Shown here: one piece after another, positions 1 to 9,286 of the stretch
Position numbering within the stretch: the first letter of the stretch is position 1
Layout: each line of letters starts with the position of its first letter
Source of the DNA: an uncultured Fibrobacteraceae bacterium
GTDB taxonomy: Bacteria; Fibrobacterota; Fibrobacteria; Fibrobacterales; Fibrobacteraceae
Length of the DNA stretch: 33,770 bases
Direction: 5' to 3'
NCBI GenBank assembly: GCA_964540355.1
Contig: CAZIMU010000002.1
Location: forward strand, 1 to 33,770
Made by a program: the position numbers and the translations under genes
The notes under the pieces: model-generated
The model's input: the letters and a program-made list of their open reading frames with translations, nothing else
Told to the model about the DNA's origin: nothing
Database searches by the model: none

Positions 1-583
1 CCAGCATGGGAACTATTCCACGCAAAAATAAATTCACCTCTTTGTATTCCGCAAGAGCATCCAAGGCTTTTTTGCTCATAAGTCTAAAATCTGCGTGGTT
101 ATAAATAATGTCGGCTCCCAAAAAGTGTATGAATCTGTAAAATCCGTGCGCTGTTGCGCGTTTGAAAAAAGAATCCTTATTCCTTTTAGACCTAACCCCA
201 TAAACAATTTCGCAACCCGCGCTGTGCATTTTCAGCATTTCTTCAATAACAGAAATATCATCTTGCAAATCTGCATCTATGGAAATGCTTGCATCTGCGA
301 ATTCCCCAACCGAGAGCAAACCGCACAAAAGAGCGTTTTGGTGTCCCTTGTTTTTGGAGAGTTTTATCCCCGAAAAATGTTCGGGATTTTCCTTGCAAAG
401 ATTCTCTATTAGCTCCCAAGTGCAATCCTTTGAGCCATCGTCAACAAAAACAATCTTTGACTTTTGAGAAATGGAGCCATTTTCAGAGAGCTGGCGCACA
501 AGACCTAGCAACTGTTCTGCAGTGTTTGGCAAAACTTCTTTTTCATTGTAGCAGGGAACTACTATTGCAAGTAATGGAGACAT
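1..583 (-). CDS. Family-2 glycosyltransferase (GtrB/DPM1-like), C-terminus cut by window edge
   Basis: Hand translation of the minus strand from ATG (complement of 581-583) gives MSPLLAIVVPCYNEKEVL...KIVFVDDGSKDCT...SIDADLQDD...IVYGVR. These are the typical GT2 motifs PxYNE, DDGS and DxD. It is missing from the ORF track because there is no stop inside the window. Confidence 0.8.
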   Translation of the reverse strand, partial: MSPLLAIVVPCYNEKEVLPNTAEQLLGLVRQLSENGSISQKSKIVFVDDGSKDCTWELIENLCKENPEHFSGIKLSKNKGHQNALLCGLLSVGEFADASISIDADLQDDISVIEEMLKMHSAGCEIVYGVRSKRNKDSFFKRATAHGFYRFIHFLGADIIYNHADFRLMSKKALDALAEYKEVNLFLRGIVPML

Positions 584-591
584 TACGGTGT

Positions 592-602
592 AATATAGAA
601 TT
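592..602 (-). promoter_or_regulatory. TTTTCTATATT-family motif (AATTCTATATT), 8 nt upstream of the GT2 ATG
   Basis: Variant of the recurrent 11-mer. Motif-to-ATG spacing matches the other copies and there is no SD in between. Confidence 0.4.
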
Positions 603-611
603 TTCTAAGTT
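601..611 (+). promoter_or_regulatory. TTTTCTATATT-family motif (TTTTCTAAGTT), 7 nt upstream of ATG 619
   Basis: Variant of the recurrent 11-mer. It overlaps the divergent copy within a 35-bp intergenic region. Confidence 0.35.
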
Positions 612-618
612 CTCTGTT

Positions 619-1587
619 ATGCAAATTACTAATTCCACACAGCTTCGCGGGGTATTTCCTGCTCTTTTTACTCCCTTGAAAAACGATGACTTTTGCTGTA
701 TGCGTAACTCAATAGATTATGCAAAAGCAAAAAAAATGATAGACGACCTTATAGAGGTAGGTGTACACGGTTTTGTGCCAGTTGGAACAACAGGGCAGAG
801 CGCAACGCTCAGTGTGCAGCAGCATTTGGATTTTATAAAATTTGTGCTGGACTATGTGGATGACAGGGTACCTATAATAGCGGGAGCTGGCTCCAATAGC
901 ACAAGGGAATCTGTTGAGTTGATAAAAGAAATTCTAAAAATTGAGGAAGTTCCAGTACTCTGTGTAACAGGCTACTACAATAATCCTCCGCAAGAGGGAA
1001 TATATGCCCATTTCAAGGCTTTGAGCAGCGAAACGGGTGCAAGAATTGTCCTCTACAACGTGCCAGGGCGCACAGCAAACTATATACATCCAAATACCAT
1101 TATACGGCTTGCAGCAGATAAAAACATAATAGGTTTAAAACAAGCCGTTGAATTTAAAATTGGCGAAAAATATCACGAAGACACAAAAAGCATAGTTGAG
1201 CAAACAAGAAGCCTTGATTTTGCTCTTATTTCTGGTGAAGACAGCGCATTTATAGATATGTTAGAGATAGGCGGAACTGCTTTGATAAGCTCAACGGCAA
1301 ATATTCCAGAAGCTGCAAAAATTTTCGTTGAACTTTACGACTGCTTTAACAAAAAAGAATTTGAAAAATGCGACCAACTCCAAGACGATACCAGAGATTA
1401 CGTAGAAGCCGTATTCAGCCGCAAAAATCCAATTCCGCTAGGAACCTTTTTCAACAGCCCGCTGCTCCTTCCATTAGTGAGCGTTAGAGACACAGAAAGA
1501 GGAGACGAAGCAGAAGGCCGCATACATAAACTCATAAAAGAAAAAGCTCAGAGTTTACTGAAATACACCGAAAGTGAAAACTACTAG
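619..1587 (+). CDS. DapA/NanA-family class I aldolase (4-hydroxy-tetrahydrodipicolinate synthase-like)
   Basis: Contains GVFPALFTP, GFVPVGTTGQSATLS, LYNVPGRT and IIGLKQA (Schiff-base Lys context). The start was moved from 289 to ATG 619 because 289-618 overlaps the GT2 gene on the other strand and family similarity begins at MQITN. Confidence 0.75.
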   Translation: MQITNSTQLRGVFPALFTPLKNDDFCCMRNSIDYAKAKKMIDDLIEVGVHGFVPVGTTGQSATLSVQQHLDFIKFVLDYVDDRVPIIAGAGSNSTRESVELIKEILKIEEVPVLCVTGYYNNPPQEGIYAHFKALSSETGARIVLYNVPGRTANYIHPNTIIRLAADKNIIGLKQAVEFKIGEKYHEDTKSIVEQTRSLDFALISGEDSAFIDMLEIGGTALISSTANIPEAAKIFVELYDCFNKKEFEKCDQLQDDTRDYVEAVFSRKNPIPLGTFFNSPLLLPLVSVRDTERGDEAEGRIHKLIKEKAQSLLKYTESENY

Positions 1588-2743
1588 CAACTCAAAAATT
1601 ATTCTGATTATTCTGATAATTCTGGTAATTCAGGTTCAGACAAAAGCACATGAGTTAGAGTTAATATCCGAAGCTGCTTGGGTTTGGAGTGCGGCGGTTC
1701 AGAATAACAAGGGCAAAACAGATTCTTTGGTATTTGCAAAACTTGCGCAAATAGAAGTTGGTAGTCCGGTGGTTCTTTCACAAGTTCCAAGGGCAGAACG
1801 CTCATTGCTAAGAATGGGATATTTCTCCAAAACTGGAGAAGTAAAATTTTATCGCATAGCTAACAGAAACAGGCTTGTTCCAGCATTTAATTTAACGGAT
1901 GCAACCGCAAATTTTGCAGAAGCATCAATCGCTTTTGAGGCGGGCAGCAATGAATATAATGGGCTTGTAAGGGTGCAGCTTATGAACATTGCTGGCAGTG
2001 CTAGGGATTTTTCCTTGGCTGGGGAAAATTCAAAAAATTATCGCAGTGCAGAAATATTTTACAAAGAACCTTTTATATTTGGCTTGAATGGTTCTTTAAA
2101 ACTTCACGGCGAATTTGTGGAATGTGATACCATTAGGCAAAAGAATATAGACCTTAAATATATTCATAATCTGAGCTGGGAATGGAAGTATGGAGTTGGC
2201 GGAGGCTATAAAAACGACAAATTGTTTTCTTCGCTTTTGCTAGGCTATGATAACAGGGATAAAATTCCACTTTCTTTTAAGGGTTTGTTTGCAGAGATGT
2301 CTGCTGAATTTTCTGAGTTTGTGGCTGCGGGTTTGAATGGTGCCTATTACCAGCCATTTTCAAAGAATTGGACTTTGCTACTCTCGGCAAAGGGTTTTGG
2401 AATGTTGCCCCCAAAGGATTATGCAAGGGAAGATTTGTTTTTAATAGGTGGCAAAAACGATTTTATAGGATTAACCCCTCGTAGCATAAGAACAAGGGCT
2501 TATGGGTTAAACGAAATGGATTTTCAATGGCACGGGTTTGAAAAATCTGCCTTGCACATATTTGGGCAAAATGGAATTTACAGGAATAGGGCACCTTTTA
2601 GAGGCTGGGAACATATTTTAACCTATGGCCTTGGCTGGGAGCAGGGTATTTCAACTGCAAGCCTTGCAATCTATTATGCTCTTTTGCAGGGCACTCAGCC
2701 AATGGATGGTTTGCTGAATTTAAGCCTTAGAATTGGATTTTGA
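1574..2743 (+). CDS. Putative outer-membrane beta-barrel protein (Omp85/surface-antigen-like C-terminal part)
   Basis: N-terminal hydrophobic signal (ILIILIILVIQVQTKA), alternating beta-strand-like composition, C-terminal ...LSLRIGF ending in Phe, and a GG...G...R...Y....NE stretch. GTG start. Confidence 0.5.
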   Translation: MKTTSNSKIILIILIILVIQVQTKAHELELISEAAWVWSAAVQNNKGKTDSLVFAKLAQIEVGSPVVLSQVPRAERSLLRMGYFSKTGEVKFYRIANRNRLVPAFNLTDATANFAEASIAFEAGSNEYNGLVRVQLMNIAGSARDFSLAGENSKNYRSAEIFYKEPFIFGLNGSLKLHGEFVECDTIRQKNIDLKYIHNLSWEWKYGVGGGYKNDKLFSSLLLGYDNRDKIPLSFKGLFAEMSAEFSEFVAAGLNGAYYQPFSKNWTLLLSAKGFGMLPPKDYAREDLFLIGGKNDFIGLTPRSIRTRAYGLNEMDFQWHGFEKSALHIFGQNGIYRNRAPFRGWEHILTYGLGWEQGISTASLAIYYALLQGTQPMDGLLNLSLRIGF

Positions 2744-2750
2744 ATTCTAT

Positions 2751-2761
2751 TTTTCTATATT
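2751..2761 (+). promoter_or_regulatory. Exact TTTTCTATATT motif, 25 nt upstream of ATG 2787 (with an AAGGAG SD between)
   Basis: One of four exact copies of the 11-mer in the window. Confidence 0.45.
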
Positions 2762-2786
2762 ATTACTGTCAAAAGGAGATATAACA

Positions 2787-3518
2787 ATGAGAAACAAACT
2801 CGCAAAAATCGCACTAGCAGCAAGCGTTTTGCTCGCCTTGGTTTTCACCATTTCTTGCTCTGTGGGTAAAGATGATGATAGCAATTCTGTTGCTTCTTCA
2901 TCTTCAAAAGCCAGCACTGGCAGTTCCAGTAGCGGTTTCAATGGAAACTCACAAATTTACAAGAAAAATTGTAGTTCTAACGGTGTCTGTAAAGATACCA
3001 CCTATAACGATGACGGATATATTTACGAGTGGTATTTGGAGCAAAAAGCAGGAACCGTAACGAAAGGAAATATCAGACTGCAACTGAGTTCAATAACCCC
3101 ACAAGATCATTATTTCGAGCCTATTATCAATGTTGATGAAAACGATATTAAACAATATTGCCCCACCGGATATACCGATGGTATAGTGTATGGATATTTA
3201 GCACGAATTAGTTTACGCAAGAACGATAGTAGAGATGTTGGTGGATTGTCCATTATGAATGAAAATTTCGGTGAAGGCGTTTTCTATTGGTATTCTCCAA
3301 AAGATGGAAAAGCAAAATGTGATATTAATGGTGAAATAAAATTAGACTTGACTATCACAAAAGGTTGGAATACAGTATATACGAAAATGACAATAGAAAC
3401 ACAAACAGTAATAACCTCAGACGGCGATACTCTCACACAAGATTATCGCGTACAAGAATACAGCACAAAAAATCTTCTCAAAAAAGAAGCGAAGTGGATT
3501 CTCATTGAGGGTGGGTAA
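2787..3518 (+). CDS. Lipoprotein, function unknown
   Basis: ATG 2787 is preceded by AAGGAG. The product starts MRNKLAKIALAASVLLALVFTISC (signal plus lipobox Cys) followed by a Ser-rich linker. The ORF-track start at 2733 was rejected. Confidence 0.7.
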   Translation: MRNKLAKIALAASVLLALVFTISCSVGKDDDSNSVASSSSKASTGSSSSGFNGNSQIYKKNCSSNGVCKDTTYNDDGYIYEWYLEQKAGTVTKGNIRLQLSSITPQDHYFEPIINVDENDIKQYCPTGYTDGIVYGYLARISLRKNDSRDVGGLSIMNENFGEGVFYWYSPKDGKAKCDINGEIKLDLTITKGWNTVYTKMTIETQTVITSDGDTLTQDYRVQEYSTKNLLKKEAKWILIEGG

Positions 3519-3527
3519 TTTACCTCA

Positions 3528-4793
3528 ATGAAAGTCCAAACTCCGCCACTTCCGAAAGGAACTAGGGATTTTTATCCTGCTGATATGAGAGTACAAAATC
3601 ATATCTTCAATATATGGCGGAGAGCGGCTTTGAAATATGGCTACGAAGAATACGAAGGTCCTACCTTTGAGCATTTGGAGCTTTACACGGGCAAAAGCGG
3701 CGAAGAAATTGTTTCGCAGCTTTACAATTTCACAGACAAGGGCGGCAGGGCACTCGCACTCCGTCCAGAAATGACACCCACGCTTGCAAGGTTGGTTATA
3801 CAAAAAGGGTCAGAGCTTAGAAAGCCTTTTAAGTGGTTTTCCATTCCACGCTTGTTTCGCTATGAACGTGCGCAAAAGGGTAGGCTTCGCGAATTTTTTC
3901 AACTGAATTTAGATATAATAGGAACGGAGAGCATCAGTGCAGAGGCAGATTTAATATCTGCGATTTGTGCTATGCTCCTTGATTTTGGCTTAACCGAAAA
4001 CGATTTTGCAATTGGAATTTCTAGCCGCCGTTTGCTAGCCGCATTTTTAGAGAGTTTGGAAGTTGCAGATGCAAATTTAATTTACCCTATTTTAGACAAA
4101 AGTTCAAAAATACCAGCTGAAGATTTTGAAAAGGAATTATTGAACGCAGGTTTAAGCGGTGAAAAAGCAAAGAAATTAAAGGCTTTTATGAGTTGCAAAA
4201 GCATTGAAGAAATTAAAAACTTATTTGAATGGCAAGGCTTTTCTGAACTTGAAGAATTATTTGAACTTATAAAAATTGCAGGTTTTGAAAACTCGGTTAA
4301 ATTAGATTTATCTGTTGTGCGTGGGCTTGCTTATTACACAGGCATTGTGTTTGAGGTTTTTGACAAAGCAAAAAATATGAGGGCAATAGCTGGTGGTGGC
4401 CGCTACGATAATTTAACAGAAACCCTTGGCGGTCAAAAAAATTCTGGAGTTGGTTTTGGAATGGGAGATGTTGTGCTTGCAGATTTGCTGAGAGAAAAAA
4501 ATTTACTCCCACAAGGCAATGCAGATTTACCGGTATTTATAGCCTCTTTTAAAAGCGATATGAAAATCCTTTTTAAAACAGCGGGGCAGTTCCGCAAAGC
4601 GGGCGTTGCCTGCTCACATTCCTTAAATGCGGTTAAATTCAGCAAGCAATTGGAAATGGCAAATGCAGTTCATGCAAAATGCGTTATTTTTGCAGATGGC
4701 GAAAAAACAAAAGATGATTTTTTTGAGTATAAAATTCTTTCAACAGGAGAACAAGGATGTCTAACTTGGGAAAAAATAAAGGAAAAATTGTGA
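3528..4793 (+). CDS. hisS: Histidine--tRNA ligase
   Basis: Contains PKGTRDFYP, ALRPEMTPTLARLV, RYERAQKGRLREFFQ and GGGRYDNL, the class IIa HisRS motifs. Confidence 0.95.
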   Translation: MKVQTPPLPKGTRDFYPADMRVQNHIFNIWRRAALKYGYEEYEGPTFEHLELYTGKSGEEIVSQLYNFTDKGGRALALRPEMTPTLARLVIQKGSELRKPFKWFSIPRLFRYERAQKGRLREFFQLNLDIIGTESISAEADLISAICAMLLDFGLTENDFAIGISSRRLLAAFLESLEVADANLIYPILDKSSKIPAEDFEKELLNAGLSGEKAKKLKAFMSCKSIEEIKNLFEWQGFSELEELFELIKIAGFENSVKLDLSVVRGLAYYTGIVFEVFDKAKNMRAIAGGGRYDNLTETLGGQKNSGVGFGMGDVVLADLLREKNLLPQGNADLPVFIASFKSDMKILFKTAGQFRKAGVACSHSLNAVKFSKQLEMANAVHAKCVIFADGEKTKDDFFEYKILSTGEQGCLTWEKIKEKL

Positions 4794-5173
4794 GCTCTTA
4801 CGAGGGTAGGCAAAACCACATTCCAACATTGAAAACGCCAGTCATTGAAGGCTGGGAGTTTATGTACCCCAATTCCGCAACGGATTTGCGAATAGAGGTT
4901 CCAGAATTCACCTGTGTTTGCCCAAAAACGGGATTGCCGGATTTTGCAACATTGGTTATAGAATACCGCCCCACAAAGTATTGCCTTGAACTTAAAAGTT
5001 TCAAGGAATACCTGCTCTTTTACCGTAATCTGGGAATTTTTCACGAACACGTTGTAAACAAGGTTCTAAAAGACTGCGTTAAAGCCATTGCTCCAAAATG
5101 GATGATAGTTACGGGAATTTTCAATTCCAGAGGTGGAATACAAACAACAGTTGAGGCTAGATCCGGGGTGTAA
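4757..5173 (+). CDS. queF: NADPH-dependent 7-cyano-7-deazaguanine reductase (type I QueF)
   Basis: Contains EFTCVCPKTGLPDFATLVIEY and ELKSFKEYL..FRN.GIFHE. AGGAGA SD lies upstream of ATG 4757. Overlaps the hisS 3' end. Confidence 0.9.
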   Translation: MSNLGKNKGKIVSSYEGRQNHIPTLKTPVIEGWEFMYPNSATDLRIEVPEFTCVCPKTGLPDFATLVIEYRPTKYCLELKSFKEYLLFYRNLGIFHEHVVNKVLKDCVKAIAPKWMIVTGIFNSRGGIQTTVEARSGV

Positions 5174-5176
5174 ATT

Positions 5177-5500
5177 ATGAAAAAAATTTTGTGCATTGTT
5201 TTGATGTTCACAATGGTTTATGCTCAAGATAAAACCAAAACAGAAGAGCCGCCTGTTTCTGAAGCTCAGGCTTTTTTGCAAGAAACACAAGCAAATTCTG
5301 CAACACAAACAAATTCTACAACTGAAGAAAAACCTTACGATAGCGGATTAAGCCCTCAGCAAAGATTTGAAGAAAATCCAAAATATAACGTACACGAATA
5401 CAACTACAAACAGCAGGTTATAGTTGGTGGAACGGTTATGTTTTGCGTGGTTTTATCCCTAGTTATGAACAACAATTACAATCCTAAACGTGGAAAGTAA
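5177..5500 (+). CDS. Small secreted or membrane-anchored hypothetical protein
   Basis: Signal peptide MKKILCIVLMFTMVYA, a low-complexity T/E/Q region and a C-terminal hydrophobic helix. The start lies 4 nt after the queF stop. Confidence 0.5.
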   Translation: MKKILCIVLMFTMVYAQDKTKTEEPPVSEAQAFLQETQANSATQTNSTTEEKPYDSGLSPQQRFEENPKYNVHEYNYKQQVIVGGTVMFCVVLSLVMNNNYNPKRGK

Positions 5501-5534
5501 AAGGGACATGGGATAAGGAACAAGGGACATGAAA

Positions 5535-7280
5535 TTACTTATTTTTTTTGGAAATCAAAGCTACCACTTGTTCTGCGCCTAGATTTTTTAAACCGAGCTT
5601 GGTAAATATTTTGCTCAAAATGTTGCTCTGTTCAAATTTCAGAGATTTTATCAAAATATCTTCTTTTTGGCAAAGCTCAATAAAATCGTTTAGGGTGAAT
5701 AGGTGAATATTGGGCGTGTTGTACCAGTTGTGGGGCAGAGTTTTACTTATTGGCATACGTCCGGTAAATGTAAAGGTTTTGCGAATTTGCCAGTTTCCAA
5801 AATTAGGGAATGTCACAACAGCTTGTTTGCCTATGCGCAGAATCTCTTGCAGCACATCACGTGGATTTTGGGTTTCTTGAAGGGTTCTGTTGAAAATCAC
5901 AAAATCAAAACTATTATCTGCAATATCGGAAAGCCCGTTTTTATCCAAATCGCATTGTATAGCAGGCACGTCAAAATTCAAGCAGTGCAAAATTCCGTTG
6001 AAAGAGCGGTCAAGGCCAAAACCAGCGACTTTTTTTTCGCGCCACAATGAGTGCAGCAAATAACCGTTTCCACATCCTATATCTAAAACGCTTGAGTTTT
6101 TTGGTATAAAGGCAGAAATTTTGCTTATGTCTTTTTTGCTCTCAAAGGCGGAGTTTACATAGTGTTCATCGCGATGCTCAACCACACGCACATCCAAAAA
6201 GCGAGAGAGCAAATTGCCCAAATCTTTCACTTCAAGCAAAAAGCCATCGTGCCCCAAATGGGTGTCAATTTCCACGCTACTTACGATTTTCTTTTGGTTC
6301 AAAAGTGCAAATGAGAGTTTTTGAGATTCCTCTTGGGGAAAAAGCCAGTCGGTGCTCAAATGAACGCACAAAAACTCAGACTTAGCAAGGGATATAGCTT
6401 TTTCTAGAGAGCCGTATTTTTTTTCCAAGCTGAAATTATCCATTGCCCAGGTTAAAATCAAATAACTATTTACATCAAAACGCTTAACAAATCTTTCGCT
6501 TTGTTTGTTCAAATAGTTTTCAAGGGCAAAGCCTGTGTAAAATTTTTCGGGATCGCTTGGCATAAGCTCTGCTGCGTCAAAACGATTTTTCATGGACTCA
6601 GCAGAGAGATATGTTATATGCGCCATTTTTCTAGCATTGGCAAGCCCTTTTGCGGCATCGTCTAAAACAATGTGGCGGCCAACTATTTCAAAAGCGAGAG
6701 CCTGAGCGGAGAGCTTTGTTCCGCTGGCTATAACGGCACATCTCTCCACAAAATCTGGATATTGAAGTGCCCATTCAAATGCCTGAAAACCGCCCATTGA
6801 GCCGCCTATAACGGCAAAGATTTTTTTAATTTCCAAATGGTCTGCAAGTTTTTTTTGAGCGTTCACCATATCTGTTATGGTTATGCGCGGGAATTTTGAG
6901 CCATAAGGCTTGCCTGTGCGCGGGTCTATGGAAGATGGACCTGTGGTTCCCTTGCAGCCGCCTAGTATATTGCTACAAACAACAAAAAATATATCGGTAT
7001 TTATGGGTTTGCCGGGGCCTATGAGGTCGTTCCACCAACCTAACGATTTTGGGTCATCTTCTCTTTGCAATCCCGCTGCGTGTGCATCCATTGTTAGAGG
7101 TGTGCAAATCCATATAACGTGAGAAGCACCGTTTTTAAAATCCCCATAAGTTTCGTAGCGAATATGCAACTCTGGCAGAGTTTCACCGTTCTCAAGCTCA
7201 AAATCACCTGAGAATACAAAATCTTTTTCTTGCGCAAGCCAGGTGCTATTTTTATTTGAATCTCTAAGCATTTCTGCCAC
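5535..7280 (-). CDS. metX: Homoserine O-acetyltransferase MetX fused to a MetW domain
   Basis: The N-terminal alpha/beta hydrolase carries GGSMGG and the MetX-type LPELHIRYETYG. The C-terminal ~190 aa is MetW-like (VLDIGCGNGYLL, PHNWYNTPNIHLFT). ATG at 7271 (MLRDS) may be the true start rather than GTG 7280. Confidence 0.9.
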   Translation of the reverse strand: MAEMLRDSNKNSTWLAQEKDFVFSGDFELENGETLPELHIRYETYGDFKNGASHVIWICTPLTMDAHAAGLQREDDPKSLGWWNDLIGPGKPINTDIFFVVCSNILGGCKGTTGPSSIDPRTGKPYGSKFPRITITDMVNAQKKLADHLEIKKIFAVIGGSMGGFQAFEWALQYPDFVERCAVIASGTKLSAQALAFEIVGRHIVLDDAAKGLANARKMAHITYLSAESMKNRFDAAELMPSDPEKFYTGFALENYLNKQSERFVKRFDVNSYLILTWAMDNFSLEKKYGSLEKAISLAKSEFLCVHLSTDWLFPQEESQKLSFALLNQKKIVSSVEIDTHLGHDGFLLEVKDLGNLLSRFLDVRVVEHRDEHYVNSAFESKKDISKISAFIPKNSSVLDIGCGNGYLLHSLWREKKVAGFGLDRSFNGILHCLNFDVPAIQCDLDKNGLSDIADNSFDFVIFNRTLQETQNPRDVLQEILRIGKQAVVTFPNFGNWQIRKTFTFTGRMPISKTLPHNWYNTPNIHLFTLNDFIELCQKEDILIKSLKFEQSNILSKIFTKLGLKNLGAEQVVALISKKNK

Positions 7281-7291
7281 AATTTAGAAAT
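7281..7291 (-). promoter_or_regulatory. TTTTCTATATT-family motif (ATTTCTAAATT), 9 nt upstream of ATG 7271 of metX-metW
   Basis: Motif variant at the same spacing class as the others. Favours ATG 7271 as the start. Confidence 0.35.
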
Positions 7292-7301
7292 TTCATATAT
7301 T
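7291..7301 (+). promoter_or_regulatory. TTTTCTATATT-family motif (TTTCATATATT), 6 nt upstream of the uppP ATG
   Basis: Motif variant with no SD between motif and ATG. Confidence 0.4.
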
Positions 7302-7307
7302 ACCACA

Positions 7308-8096
7308 ATGTTAGAAGCAATAATAATAGGTTTAGTGGAAGGCATAACGGAGTTTTTGCCTATTTCCTCAACGGGGCACATGCTAATTGCCGAAAATCTT
7401 TTGGGCAAGCATTATAGCGATGCCTTTAATGTTTTAATACAGGTTGGTCCCATATTGGCGGCTGCGCTTGTGTTTTGGAAAGATATAGTTGGCTTTTTCG
7501 TGAATTGGGGGCAAAAGGAGACCAAGGATTATGTTTTGAAATTATTTGCAGCTTTTTTTCTCACAGGAATAGGCGGAGTCATTGCAAAAAAATGCGGATT
7601 GAAATTGCCAGAAGATGTTTTGCCTGTTGCATTTGCGGTTATAATAGGAGCTTTTGTTATTTTTGCGGTGGAATATAAAGCCAAAACAAAAACATTGAAT
7701 GTGAATTTAACCTGGCCCATTGTTGTTGCTGTTGCCCTTGGTCAGCTTTCAGCGGCTATATTTCCAGGGGCATCTCGCTCTGGAATGGCAATTATGTTTG
7801 CGATTTTCCTAGGATTTGCGCGCCCAGCGGCTGTTAAGTTTTCTTTTTTGGTGGGTATTCCAACCATGATTGCAGCAGGCGGTTTTCAACTGCTCTCTGC
7901 AATAAAAAAAGGCGAAACAGCAGATTTATTCACGCTAGAGGCTATTGTTGCTTATGTGGTGGCAACCATTTCTGCTTGGCTTTCCGTTGTTTGGCTTTTG
8001 CGTTTTGTGCAAAAAAAGAATTTTATCCCCTTTGCTTGGTATCGCTTGGTGCTAGGGTTTGCTATTCTAACTCTAGCTTATTTCCACCTTATGTGA
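7308..8096 (+). CDS. uppP: Undecaprenyl-diphosphate phosphatase
   Basis: Contains GLVEGITEFLPISSTGHM and PGASRSG, the BacA/UppP signatures, in a polytopic membrane protein. Confidence 0.93.
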   Translation: MLEAIIIGLVEGITEFLPISSTGHMLIAENLLGKHYSDAFNVLIQVGPILAAALVFWKDIVGFFVNWGQKETKDYVLKLFAAFFLTGIGGVIAKKCGLKLPEDVLPVAFAVIIGAFVIFAVEYKAKTKTLNVNLTWPIVVAVALGQLSAAIFPGASRSGMAIMFAIFLGFARPAAVKFSFLVGIPTMIAAGGFQLLSAIKKGETADLFTLEAIVAYVVATISAWLSVVWLLRFVQKKNFIPFAWYRLVLGFAILTLAYFHLM

Positions 8097-9286
8097 TATT
8101 CCAAACCAGCGGCAACAAAAACATCTGTGGTTGAATTGCCTATTACCTCTATTGGCAAGCCTCGGTTTGCAAGTCCTGTTCGCAAATCTATTGCGTAGTT
8201 TTTGAAAAAAGCAGTTCTAAGTCCAAAAGTTAAAGCCACCCCTCTGTAATAGCTTTCTAAATTTTTGCTGAATCGGTATTTATATGAATTTGAACCTATA
8301 AAGCCATCGTTAAGTCCTATATCTTCTTTGAGAAAACTGTAAATAATGCTTGCCGAAGTATAGGGTTCAATTTCAATTTGCGGAGTAGGGATAAAAACTT
8401 TCATAAATTCCAGCCCTAACATAAGCTCATAGCGGTCAAAATTCCAGTGGTCAAGTTCTTTGTAAATTGTATCGGTTCTATCAACTTTCGCGCTGTGGCT
8501 TGACTTTCTAAGTTCAAATTCAAGCCCTATAAAATCGTACAATGAACCACCTATATACACTCTATAAATAGGCGAAGAATCTTTTATAAAAAACCATAGG
8601 CTTGTGGTGTCTCTCACATCTCTATAATCCTTGATTTTTGAATTTAGTTCGCGTTTATACCACCGAGAAGGCGTTAATGGAATCTTTGCCTGTGTGTGTC
8701 CAAAACCAACTCCAAACCAAACATCATGCATAGGCTGTTCTGCAAAATACTCGTCTGGTTCTTTTTCTTTTGCCTCTCGCTCGGCATCTGAGAGCCTTCT
8801 CTGCGGTTTGCCGCCAAACCAGTCGCTCGCTAGTTTTCTGGCTATTCGTGCCGAATCTTGTGCTAAAGGGAATATGGCTATTTGCTTGGGTTCAGAGCTA
8901 TTTTCATCAAAGAGCAAAAACCAAGCCATGTCATTTTTTATTGTGCTAAAAATTAAATGATTATCTTTTAATTTGCCAAGTCTATCAATAACGTGCGCAT
9001 TGCGAGGGCGCAAATCTTCTGGGTCAAGGCGAGGATCTAAATTTGTGCTCAGCCATTTTGCGTATAGAGAAAGGGTAGTGTCGCGTTCCCAATCGCCAGC
9101 TTCGTAGCAAACAGGGGTTCCTATTTTTTCGTTTTCGTAGCGAAGCGCAAAGCAAAAATCCGTTGGGGAAATATATCGCTTGCCATAGCTCCAAATCAAA
9201 AATTCACCGTCTTTCCAAACAGTTGGTGCTTCTGCGTGAGAACTCAGAGTTATGAAAAAAATAATTATTACAAATTTTTTATACAT
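8078..9286 (-). CDS. Secreted hypothetical protein, possibly with a beta-barrel C-terminal half
   Basis: Signal peptide MYKKFVIIIFFITLSSHAEA and a long uninterrupted ORF. No recognisable family motifs. Confidence 0.6.
   Translation of the reverse strand: MYKKFVIIIFFITLSSHAEAPTVWKDGEFLIWSYGKRYISPTDFCFALRYENEKIGTPVCYEAGDWERDTTLSLYAKWLSTNLDPRLDPEDLRPRNAHVIDRLGKLKDNHLIFSTIKNDMAWFLLFDENSSEPKQIAIFPLAQDSARIARKLASDWFGGKPQRRLSDAEREAKEKEPDEYFAEQPMHDVWFGVGFGHTQAKIPLTPSRWYKRELNSKIKDYRDVRDTTSLWFFIKDSSPIYRVYIGGSLYDFIGLEFELRKSSHSAKVDRTDTIYKELDHWNFDRYELMLGLEFMKVFIPTPQIEIEPYTSASIIYSFLKEDIGLNDGFIGSNSYKYRFSKNLESYYRGVALTFGLRTAFFKNYAIDLRTGLANRGLPIEVIGNSTTDVFVAAGLEYHIRWK

Noticed and set aside
289-618. N-terminal 110-aa extension of ORF 289-1587
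   Set aside because: It overlaps the well-supported GT2 gene on the opposite strand and has no family similarity. DapA-like similarity starts at ATG 619, which is preceded by the promoter-like motif.
5500-5534. Direct repeat AAGGGACATG x2 between the convergent gene ends
   Set aside because: It is very short, has no hairpin or T-run, and there is no further evidence of function.
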